A DNA stretch of 32,473 nt from a virus (lineage: Duplodnaviria > Heunggongvirae > Uroviricota > Caudoviricetes): the IMG/VR virus record IMGVR_UViG_3300045988_153444. One strand, 5' to 3'. The translations under genes were made by a program, and so were the position numbers. Positions 8,277 to 16,557 of this stretch are shown piece after piece (positions within the stretch are counted from its first letter, which is position 1; every line of letters begins with the position of its first letter). The notes under the pieces are model-generated. The model ran no database searches and had not been told where the DNA came from. It worked only from the letters and a program-made list of their open reading frames with translations.

Positions 8277-8516
8277 ATGAACAATGAAGCATTTTCTCTG
8301 ACTGAAGCCAGAGAGATGTTATCTGTCTGGCGGGAAGCATATCGCGCTATTGCTATTGGCGGTCAGTCATATAAATTTGGTACGCGGCAGTTAACTCGTG
8401 CGGATTTATCAGAAGTCAGAAAAGAGATGGATTACTGGCGTAATGAAGTAGAAAGATTATCAGCAGGTGTACGCCGAGGCCCACGAATTAAACGAGTGGT
8501 GATAAGAGATTTATGA
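8277..8516 (+). CDS. Head-tail joining protein (lambda gpW-like)
   Basis: 79-aa ORF between terL and portal with a good SD (GAGGAAAT). Confidence 0.7.
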   Translation: MNNEAFSLTEAREMLSVWREAYRAIAIGGQSYKFGTRQLTRADLSEVRKEMDYWRNEVERLSAGVRRGPRIKRVVIRDL

Positions 8517-10087
8517 ATATTCTTGATCGAGTTATTGCGCCGTTTTCACCTCAGAGGGCATTAAATCGAGCTTTGGCAAGAAAACGGTTAGAAGCACTTG
8601 AAGGTATTAATAACCTTGGATATTCACGTCATGGTGCAAGCACTCATAAAAAATCATTAAGGGGTTGGTTTAGTAAAGCTGGTTCTCCTGATGATGATAT
8701 TGTTAAAAATATAGATAAATTGCGTGAGCGTTCTCGTGATCTCTTCATGGGAAACCCGCTATCTGTTGGCGCAATAAAAACTATCAGGACAAACGTTGTT
8801 GGTTCCGGTTTAAAACTAAATGCGAACATTGATGCCGATTTCTTGGGGATGACGCAGGAAGAAGCGCGAGCATGGGAAAAGCATGTTGAGCGTGAGTTTA
8901 GATTATGGGCTGATTCTCCAAATTGTGATGCATCAAGAATGTGTACTTTTGGACAATTGCAATCATTGGTCCAAATATCTGCGTTAACATCTGGCGATAT
9001 ATTTGCTGCGCTACCAGTTATTAAGCGTAAGGGTGTTATATATGATTTGTGCGTCTATTTAATTGAAGGTGATCGTGTTTGCAATCCAGAGGATCGTTTT
9101 ATACCAAATCTTTACGGTGGCGTAGAGGTTGGTGAATTTAGCGAGCCTGTGGCGTACTGGGTTGCAAAACATCACCCAGCCGGGACTTCTGGTTTTGTAA
9201 CCCGCAAGTGGGAACGTATTCCCGCATATGGGAGTAAAACAGGAAGAAGAAATATTCTGCATGTCATGCAGGATTTTGAAAGGCCTGGGCAACGCCGTGG
9301 CGTTCCTGTCCTTGCTCCTGTAATTGAAGCATTGAAGCAGTTAGGACGATACACCGATGCTGAATTGGTTGCTGCGGTTGTGTCAGGGATGTTTACTGTC
9401 TTTATTAAAACAGACGCTCCTGATGGGCCAGTCGGTGAATCGGGTATCCCTCAGTACGAGCAGATCGATAACCATGATGATAACACCCAAGAAATGGGGA
9501 ATGGCTCCATAGTAAGTTTGGGTGAAGGTGAGTCGATAGATACAGCAAATCCCGGGCGACCAAATACGGCATTTGATGGTTTTGTTGTCGCCATATGCCG
9601 TCAAATTGGGGCTGCTTTAGAACTCCCTTACGAACTCTTGGTAAAGCATTTTACAGCAAGTTATAGCGCAAGCAGGGCCGCATTACTTGAAGCCTGGAAA
9701 ATGTTCCGTATGCGACGTGACTGGATGGTTCAGTCATTTTGCCAACCGATCTATGAGGAATGGTTGGCCGAAGCCGTTGCTAAAGGTCGTGTTATTGCCC
9801 CTGGTTTTTTTTATGGGCCTGAATATCGCGCTGCATGGAGTGGCGCTCAATGGTATGGCCCATCACAAGGCCAATTAGATCCCCTTAAAGAAGTCAAAGC
9901 TGCAAAACTGCGTGTTGAGGAAACATTCTCTACCCGTGAAAAAGAAGCGGCTGAAATGTCAGGTCTTAACTGGGAAGAAACCGCACAAATCTGTGGCAGA
10001 GAAGAGAATGCTCGCCGTGAGTTGGGGCTTATTACACCTCCTGTTTCTGAGGTAAATGAACAAAATATGGAGACTGATGATGCCTAA
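8513..10087 (+). CDS. Portal protein (lambda B-like family)
   Basis: 524 aa; N-terminal portal pattern (…YSRHGASTHKKSLRGWFSKAGSPDDDI…); start overlaps the W stop. Confidence 0.9.
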   Translation: MNILDRVIAPFSPQRALNRALARKRLEALEGINNLGYSRHGASTHKKSLRGWFSKAGSPDDDIVKNIDKLRERSRDLFMGNPLSVGAIKTIRTNVVGSGLKLNANIDADFLGMTQEEARAWEKHVEREFRLWADSPNCDASRMCTFGQLQSLVQISALTSGDIFAALPVIKRKGVIYDLCVYLIEGDRVCNPEDRFIPNLYGGVEVGEFSEPVAYWVAKHHPAGTSGFVTRKWERIPAYGSKTGRRNILHVMQDFERPGQRRGVPVLAPVIEALKQLGRYTDAELVAAVVSGMFTVFIKTDAPDGPVGESGIPQYEQIDNHDDNTQEMGNGSIVSLGEGESIDTANPGRPNTAFDGFVVAICRQIGAALELPYELLVKHFTASYSASRAALLEAWKMFRMRRDWMVQSFCQPIYEEWLAEAVAKGRVIAPGFFYGPEYRAAWSGAQWYGPSQGQLDPLKEVKAAKLRVEETFSTREKEAAEMSGLNWEETAQICGREENARRELGLITPPVSEVNEQNMETDDA

Positions 10088-11144
10088 TTGGTGGGAAATA
10101 AAAAATAGCACGGGTGAAGATGACTCTCCGGCTGAACTTTTAATTTACGGGTATATTGGTGAATTTGATGAGGTTTCTTCTTCTGACATAGTTAATAAAT
10201 TAAAGGATATTTCATCAAATACTATCAACGTAAAAATTAATAGTTATGGTGGTTCTGTTTTTACTGCTCAAGCTATTCTTTCATCATTAAAGCGTCATAA
10301 GGCGAATATTACGGTTTATATCGACGGGATTGCTGCATCGGCTGCAACTATTATTGCAATGGCGGGTGATAAAACTATTATCCCATCTAATGCTATGATG
10401 ATGATCCATAATCCGTGGACATTTGCTGCTGGCGATGCGGATGAATTGCGTGATATTGCTGAGATGATGGATAAGATACGCAATAGTATTTTATCTGCAT
10501 ATAAGGAGAAAACAGGGCTTTCTGAGGATAAATTAATTGAACTAATGGATCAGGAAACATGGCTAAATGCAGAAGAGGCTGTAGAGCTTGGATTTGCTGA
10601 CGAAGTTGAAAAACCAATACGCTTATCCGCTTCTATAAAGGAAGGGATGCTTTCGCTTAATGGAATAACTTTTGAAGCATCAAGGTTTTCAAAATTACCT
10701 GATTCACTCGCAAAGTTGCCGCAAAATAAAAATGAGTTATCTACTGAATCAAATGAACAAAATGAGGACGATATTGTGACTCTTGATGAATTAAAAAATA
10801 AATATCCAGAATTATACAATCAGGTTTTTAATGCTGGTAAAGACGAGGGCGTTAAATCAGAACGCGAGCGCATTGAAACAATCGAGAATAGCGTGATTCC
10901 TGGTCATGACGACCTGGTTAAGAATGCAAAATTCAAAACAGGAGTTTCTGCGGCTGAACTTGCTTTGGAAATTATGAATGCAGAGCGAGCGCGTAACAAA
11001 AACTTTCTTAATCAACGGCAAGAAGACGCAAGTGAGGTGAATGATTCAGTTGATGTTAATCAACCAGAAAACAACGGCAACAAACAGGCTGAAGCAGTAA
11101 AAAATGTTATTGGGTCAGTATTTAAAAACCGCGATAAAAATTAA
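10077..11144 (+). CDS. Prohead protease (ClpP/S49-like), likely fused to a scaffold-like C-terminal domain
   Basis: ClpP-like core (…YGGSVFTAQAIL…IDGIAASAATIIAMAGDKTIIPSNAMMMIHNP…) plus a charged coiled-coil-like C-terminus. ATG 10077/10080 overlaps the portal stop; ORF track starts at 10056. Confidence 0.85.
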   Translation: MMPNWWEIKNSTGEDDSPAELLIYGYIGEFDEVSSSDIVNKLKDISSNTINVKINSYGGSVFTAQAILSSLKRHKANITVYIDGIAASAATIIAMAGDKTIIPSNAMMMIHNPWTFAAGDADELRDIAEMMDKIRNSILSAYKEKTGLSEDKLIELMDQETWLNAEEAVELGFADEVEKPIRLSASIKEGMLSLNGITFEASRFSKLPDSLAKLPQNKNELSTESNEQNEDDIVTLDELKNKYPELYNQVFNAGKDEGVKSERERIETIENSVIPGHDDLVKNAKFKTGVSAAELALEIMNAERARNKNFLNQRQEDASEVNDSVDVNQPENNGNKQAEAVKNVIGSVFKNRDKN

Positions 11145-11153
11145 GGTGAGTTT

Positions 11154-11537
11154 ATGCGAGAGTCTTTTTCATTTGAACCAGATAATCTGATTATTTCTGG
11201 TGGTATGCCAGCAATTCCAACAAGTATTAAACTTGCCAGCGGTAAAGTAAAACGGGGTGAGTTACTTGCTTTTGTCAGTATTGATCAGACAACAAATGTT
11301 GTCACTGTGGCGCCAATAAATCTCTCTGGTGAAGGGGAGGCAAAAGAACCGTATTGTATCGCTCAACACAATATTGATGCGACTGATTCAGCGCAAGTTG
11401 GAACAGCATGGCTGACCGGAATGTTCAATGCACATGCGGTTATCCTTCCTGAATCAGCAAAGATTGCCGATGTATATCTGGCTTGCCGGAAGGTTGGGAT
11501 ATTCCTTAATACCGCACAACAAAATCCATCTGCATAA
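11154..11537 (+). CDS. Head decoration protein (lambda gpD-like)
   Basis: 127 aa, between protease and major capsid as in lambda/SfV-like heads; family assignment by position and size. Confidence 0.6.
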   Translation: MRESFSFEPDNLIISGGMPAIPTSIKLASGKVKRGELLAFVSIDQTTNVVTVAPINLSGEGEAKEPYCIAQHNIDATDSAQVGTAWLTGMFNAHAVILPESAKIADVYLACRKVGIFLNTAQQNPSA

Positions 11538-11557
11538 TATAAAGAGGTCGTATTTTT

Positions 11558-12601
11558 ATGCCGAATATTGATATTTTTGAACGACGTACAATGCTTGAGC
11601 CTGTTATTCAGAATTTCAAGGCTCGTCGTTTTCTTCTTCGTACCTTTTTTCCTGGTGTTCAGACCTTTAATACAAAGAAAGTTGATCTGGATTTTGTTCG
11701 CGGGGGCCGTACTATGGCTCCGTTTGTTGGTAAAGGTTTTGGCTCAAAAACCGTTGAGCGACGCGGCTTTGTAACGAGAACTCTGGAGCCACCACTTGTT
11801 GCACCTGATTTGGTAACAACAGCCGAGCTGCTTTTAAACAGGCTTCCGGGTGAGAATATTTACAACGCAAAATCGCCAGCAGAACGAGCCGCCGAGCAAT
11901 TAGGTAAAGATTTGCTTGAGCTTGATGAAATGGTTAACCGCCGTGAAGAATGGATGTGTGCACAAGTCTTGTTTACGGGGCAGGTTGATATTGTTGGTGA
12001 AGGAGTGGATGACACAGTTTATTTTTGGCCTGAAGAGGAAGGAGATAAACCATATCTTGAACTGACAGGTGATGATTTATGGAGTGCAGCAAAATCAGAT
12101 CCGTTAGTCAATGTTCGCAACTGGAAACGTCGGGTATCACTAACTTCAGGTTTTACACCTCGTGTTGCCGTAATGGGCGCAAAAGTTGTTGATGCCTTCG
12201 TTAAAAATGAAGCAGTAACTAAATATCTTGATAATCGCCGAAAAGAGCTTGGGTATATTGAGCCTAAAGAGTTAGAAGAAGGCGTAACTCATTATGGCAA
12301 TCTTGAAGGTGTCGATTTTTATGGTTACGACGAACTTATTCGCAATGATAAAACAGGAAAACCTGAACCATTAGTACCGGAAGATAAGATCCTCTTTGGC
12401 TCTCCTGGTCGAGGAACGATGCTGTATGGTGCTGTAGAGCTTGTAGATGACGCCGAAAAGACTCTAACGATTGTTGAGTCACCACGAGTTCCAGACACCT
12501 GGGTAACTCGTAAGCCGGCTGGCCGTTATGTTGCCATGAAGTCATCTCCACTGCCTAATCCTGGTGTGGCTGATGCCTATCTGGTGGCTAAGGTGGTTTA
12601 A
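11558..12601 (+). CDS. Major capsid protein (lambda E family)
   Basis: 347 aa; N-terminal pattern …FLLRTFFPGVQTF…RTMAPFVGKGFGSK… resembles the E family. Confidence 0.85.
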   Translation: MPNIDIFERRTMLEPVIQNFKARRFLLRTFFPGVQTFNTKKVDLDFVRGGRTMAPFVGKGFGSKTVERRGFVTRTLEPPLVAPDLVTTAELLLNRLPGENIYNAKSPAERAAEQLGKDLLELDEMVNRREEWMCAQVLFTGQVDIVGEGVDDTVYFWPEEEGDKPYLELTGDDLWSAAKSDPLVNVRNWKRRVSLTSGFTPRVAVMGAKVVDAFVKNEAVTKYLDNRRKELGYIEPKELEEGVTHYGNLEGVDFYGYDELIRNDKTGKPEPLVPEDKILFGSPGRGTMLYGAVELVDDAEKTLTIVESPRVPDTWVTRKPAGRYVAMKSSPLPNPGVADAYLVAKVV

Positions 12602-12994
12602 ATGGCCAGACTGATTAAAAACATTGATACGATAAGCCACGGCTCGCTAAAAGCGGGCCGTTTGCTTAATGGGCTAATGGATAACTCCAGAATTGCCGAA
12701 CTGATTGCGTCAGGACATGCTATTGCCACCGAAGAGGATGGTGATTTGGCATCGGCTGGGGGCTATGATGCTGCTAAGTTAGCTTTTGAGCATGGATACG
12801 CATCTGCTGTTAATGATGCTGTGGACGCGGGGTTGATTACGCGAACGGAGGCGGGTAGCTGTGTATTCGAGGTTGAGTTTGAGGATGATGGCGGCAATGA
12901 GGAAATGGTTGCTGATGATTCATCTGAATCTGTAGCTACTTCTGATACCAGTAATGCGAAAAAATCAACGCAAAAAAAAGGTAATAAGAAGTAA
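12602..12994 (+). CDS. Hypothetical head/neck-region protein
   Basis: ORF coupled to the capsid stop (TAAATG); acidic then basic C-terminus; unknown family. Confidence 0.5.
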   Translation: MARLIKNIDTISHGSLKAGRLLNGLMDNSRIAELIASGHAIATEEDGDLASAGGYDAAKLAFEHGYASAVNDAVDAGLITRTEAGSCVFEVEFEDDGGNEEMVADDSSESVATSDTSNAKKSTQKKGNKK

Positions 12995-13338
12995 TGAACT
13001 CCTTCAAAGAGGTTATAGCGCAAGATATTTCTGCAATATTCCTCAATGAAAAAGAGTTTGCCGATACATATAACATAGACGGCAAGGATATCCTTGCCGT
13101 TATTGATACAGACCTTATTCATGAGCGGAATAAACGCTCATATGCTGAGTTTGCAGAGGGAATAAATCAGGGGCAAATAATATTATTTGTTTCAAGAAAA
13201 GATTTTCCTGTTCTCCCTGTCAAAGACCAGTCAATGAAAATCAACGGTAAAAATTATATTGTTGATGAAGTATCAGATAATGTTGGTGTATTGGAAATAA
13301 CTCTCACTGTTAATACTAACAGAGGAATGCCGATTTGA
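12994..13338 (+). CDS. Putative head-tail connector/head completion protein
   Basis: Position between capsid and tail sheath; call by synteny only. Confidence 0.45.
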   Translation: MNSFKEVIAQDISAIFLNEKEFADTYNIDGKDILAVIDTDLIHERNKRSYAEFAEGINQGQIILFVSRKDFPVLPVKDQSMKINGKNYIVDEVSDNVGVLEITLTVNTNRGMPI

Positions 13339-13820
13339 TTAATCTTTTGATAGATGCAATAAAAAATCGGTTGGAACATGAGGTTTTCCATGATTTATTA
13401 GTGCAGGGGCCTCCTTATGATGAAACAGACAGCGATATTAAATTGTTTGTTCCAACAATATTTAAAGGGTACTTGCCTCCTAAATCACAACCATCTCCAG
13501 ATAAACCGCCAGAATTTCCTCATGTGATTATCAGGCCCACGGAAGGAGGAATGCAGCCTGAAACGGATGAAGTTAAGGTTAAGTTTCTTCTAGGTGGTTT
13601 TTGTGAGGACCATACTGGATATGAATGGGTAATGGCTCTTCTTGAAAGGATGATGTTTCATTTTCAGGAGAAGCCTTTACTTGAAGAGAAATTTCTCTTT
13701 CAGGGTGATATCAGATGGCGAATGTTTGATGATCAACCATATCCATATTGGATAACGGAAGCAACTGGAACGTGGCTAGTATTAAAGCCTCAGAATATTC
13801 AGTCTCAGGAGTTTATCTAA
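13335..13820 (+). CDS. Putative tail completion/neck protein
   Basis: Position between head and sheath genes; call by synteny only. Confidence 0.45.
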   Translation: MINLLIDAIKNRLEHEVFHDLLVQGPPYDETDSDIKLFVPTIFKGYLPPKSQPSPDKPPEFPHVIIRPTEGGMQPETDEVKVKFLLGGFCEDHTGYEWVMALLERMMFHFQEKPLLEEKFLFQGDIRWRMFDDQPYPYWITEATGTWLVLKPQNIQSQEFI

Positions 13821-14111
13821 ATGGCTAATAAGAAAAGTAGTAAAGAAGATATAGAAAAGAAGGAAGATGTTGCTCAAACATTTGTATATATAGGGCCAAC
13901 AATCCCTCAACTCTCAATTTTGAAGCATAAACTATTTAAGAATGGCTTATCTCCAGAGTGTGAAAAATTAATATCACATATTCCTGGTGCAAAGTGTTTG
14001 TTTGTGGCAACCAGTGATTTTTCAGATGCAGAAAAAAGACTTTCTGATAAAACCAGTGTCGAGTATGTAATGTACTCTAGAGTTTCTTCTTCTATCATGG
14101 AGATTAAATAA
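13821..14111 (+). CDS. Hypothetical protein (96 aa)
   Basis: ORF immediately upstream of the sheath gene. Confidence 0.45.
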   Translation: MANKKSSKEDIEKKEDVAQTFVYIGPTIPQLSILKHKLFKNGLSPECEKLISHIPGAKCLFVATSDFSDAEKRLSDKTSVEYVMYSRVSSSIMEIK

Positions 14112-15574
14112 TGGGATATCGCCACGGTATTTATATATCTGAGCTGGCTACATCTATAACTCCTCCAGTACAAGTTAGTGCTGGGTTGATTGTCGCATTT
14201 GGTACAGCTCCTGTTAATCAGTTAGAAGATCCAGCCTCAGCGGTAAATAAACCTATCATTGCTTATACATACGCAGAGGCCGTATCTAAAATAGGATATA
14301 GCACAAACTTCGAGAAATATACTTTAAGCGAAGTAATTAAAGTCGCATTTGGAATATATGGTGTTGCGCCAGTTGTATTTATCAATGTGCTTGATCCAGC
14401 AAAGCATAAGAAAGACGTAACTGATGAGGTAGTAAAACTTTCTGGCGGGAAAGGTACGCTCTCTAACGATGGTGTCTTATATAAATCTGTTGTTGTGAAA
14501 AAAGCAGATGGTGATTCTCCAGGGTTAACGGTTGATACAGATTATGTACTGGCGCTGGATGATAATGGCTATACGGTCATTACCGCTATTAGCGGAGGAA
14601 AAGTTACTGAAAAAGACGCCACTCTTAAGGTTAGTTATACGTATCTTGATCCCGGGGCTGTAACTAAAAACGATATTATTGGTGGCGTGGATTCCAACAC
14701 TAAAGCGAATACGGGGCTTGAGTTACTGTCGGATGTTTATCCCCGCTTCAAACTAGTTCCAGGACAAGTGATTGCGCCTGGATTTAGTTCTGATAGTGAA
14801 GTTGGCCAGCTAATGGCGGCTAAAGCTGCGCTGATTAGTGAATTGTTCAAAGCAGAAGCTATCACCGATGCGCCGACTGATAAATCTACTATCAGTGATT
14901 ATTCTGCTGTTCCTGAATGGAAGCAGAACAATAATCATATGGCAGCTAACCAGACAGTGTGCTGGCCGATGGTGAAACTTGGTGACAATATTTACCATCA
15001 CTCAACCCATTTAGCGGCAGCAACATGCTTGCTGGATAGTCAGTATGGTGATATTCCATCACGTTCTCCGTCAAATATAAAACTACAGATGGACGGTGCT
15101 GTACGTAAAGATGGCAGTGAGGTATGGCTTAACATTAGCCAGGCAAACTACTTAAATGGACAGGGGATTGTAACAAGCCTTAATTTTGATGGTTGGAAAT
15201 CATGGGGAAACCGTAATGCTATTTATCCAACATCTACAGACCCCAAAGACGCATTTCGTGTTTGCCGACGTATGTTTAACTGGGTGGGTAATACGTTAAT
15301 TCTTTCGCATTGGTCAAAAATAGACAATCCTGCAAACCGTCGATTAATTGAATCGATTGTTACTAGTGCGAATATTTGGCTTAACGGCCTCACTGGTAAT
15401 CAGGATATTGCAGGTGGTGTTGTTACCTTTGATCAGTCTGAAAACACGATTACGTCATTGATGGACGGGATTGTTAAATTCCATGTGAAAATGACACCAT
15501 TCTCACCTGCCAGAGATATAGAGTTCGTCATGGAATATAATCCTGATTATCTGCTGAACTTGTTTTCTGAATAA
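14111..15574 (+). CDS. Contractile tail sheath protein
   Basis: 487 aa, directly upstream of a P2 FII-like tube gene; N-terminus MGYRHGIYISE… typical of sheath proteins. Confidence 0.85.
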   Translation: MGYRHGIYISELATSITPPVQVSAGLIVAFGTAPVNQLEDPASAVNKPIIAYTYAEAVSKIGYSTNFEKYTLSEVIKVAFGIYGVAPVVFINVLDPAKHKKDVTDEVVKLSGGKGTLSNDGVLYKSVVVKKADGDSPGLTVDTDYVLALDDNGYTVITAISGGKVTEKDATLKVSYTYLDPGAVTKNDIIGGVDSNTKANTGLELLSDVYPRFKLVPGQVIAPGFSSDSEVGQLMAAKAALISELFKAEAITDAPTDKSTISDYSAVPEWKQNNNHMAANQTVCWPMVKLGDNIYHHSTHLAAATCLLDSQYGDIPSRSPSNIKLQMDGAVRKDGSEVWLNISQANYLNGQGIVTSLNFDGWKSWGNRNAIYPTSTDPKDAFRVCRRMFNWVGNTLILSHWSKIDNPANRRLIESIVTSANIWLNGLTGNQDIAGGVVTFDQSENTITSLMDGIVKFHVKMTPFSPARDIEFVMEYNPDYLLNLFSE

Positions 15575-15590
15575 ATAATAGGAGGTTGCT

Positions 15591-16112
15591 TTGAGCAATC
15601 AAATTCCTGAGAGACTTATTAACTTTACAGTATACGGTGAAGGAAACCGTATTATCGGTGTTGCTGACGCAAAGCTGCCATCAATTGAGATGATGACAGA
15701 AACTGTTAGTGGTGCAGGTATCGCTGGAGAGCTTGAGAGCGGAACGCTGGGGCATTTCAAACCAATGACTGTCTCTCTTAAATGGCGAACTCTGACCTCT
15801 GCTGGTACAAAATTATTTCTATCCTCATCGCATCAGGTAGATTTTCGCGGTAGCCAGCAGGTTTATGATGCAGGAACAGGAAAATATAAAACGGTTCCTA
15901 TTCGGGCTTCAATGAAGCTAAACCCTAAAAAACTGGATTTAGGTTCGCTACAGGTAGCAAAGGCCACTGATTCAGAAAATGAATTCGAAGTTCTCTATAT
16001 CAAATTATTTATTGATGGGAAAGAAGTCTTAGAAATTGATAAGTTGAACTTTATTTGTATCTTTGATGGCGAAGATATATTAAAAACTGTTCGTGATGAT
16101 TTAGGTTTATAA
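15591..16112 (+). CDS. Tail tube protein (P2 FII-like)
   Basis: C-terminal pattern …VLYIKLFIDGKEVLEIDKLNFICIFDGEDILKTVRDDLGL is collinear with P2 FII as recalled; TTG start with AGGAGG SD. Confidence 0.9.
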   Translation: MSNQIPERLINFTVYGEGNRIIGVADAKLPSIEMMTETVSGAGIAGELESGTLGHFKPMTVSLKWRTLTSAGTKLFLSSSHQVDFRGSQQVYDAGTGKYKTVPIRASMKLNPKKLDLGSLQVAKATDSENEFEVLYIKLFIDGKEVLEIDKLNFICIFDGEDILKTVRDDLGL

Positions 16113-16121
16113 GGTGAAAAA

Positions 16122-16403
16122 ATGGAAACCGTTAAATTAAGTAAAGAATATCGTTTTGAAGACTTTGAGCCAGTGACTGAACTCAACCTTGATTTAGACA
16201 ACCTAAAAGGCAGTGATATTTTAGAGGTATCGGACTTACTGCAATCTCAAGGGCATGTTTCAGTTCAAACATCACTTGATAATAAAGTCCATGCAGCCTT
16301 GGCTGCTCGCTGTATTGGTCGTCCAATAGAGTATCTGAATGGATTACCAGCGAAAGACTTTGTTAAAGTTTGTCAAAAGGTACAGAATTTTTTGCTCTCG
16401 TAG
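16122..16403 (+). CDS. Tail assembly chaperone (P2 gpE-like)
   Basis: 93-aa ORF between tube and tape measure, ending at a slippery site. Confidence 0.75.
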   Translation: METVKLSKEYRFEDFEPVTELNLDLDNLKGSDILEVSDLLQSQGHVSVQTSLDNKVHAALAARCIGRPIEYLNGLPAKDFVKVCQKVQNFLLS

Positions 16404-16552
16404 GTTTTGATGAGCAAAAACCTATTGATAAGCAAATAATGAGGGCCGCGAGTTCTCTATCTCAATCATCTCAATCAACACCTATATCCTACTGGCTTTC
16501 GCTTCGGTTGAGGCGAATCGTCGCATGGATTGACGTGTTTAATGAGGATTAA
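16388..16552 (+). other. Programmed -1 translational frameshift: slippery heptamer T-TTT-TTG (16388-16394) plus the -1 frame extension to 16552 (E+E'-type product)
   Basis: Zero-frame codons AAT TTT TTG; the overlapping ORF 16370-16552 is in the -1 frame. P2 E/E' frameshifting at TTTTTTG is established. Confidence 0.6.
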
Positions 16553-16557
16553 TACTA

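Noticed and set aside
16370-16552. Independent 60-aa gene starting at ATG 16370
   Set aside because: It overlaps the chaperone 3' end in the -1 frame just downstream of a TTTTTTG slippery site; better explained as the frameshift extension than as a separate gene.
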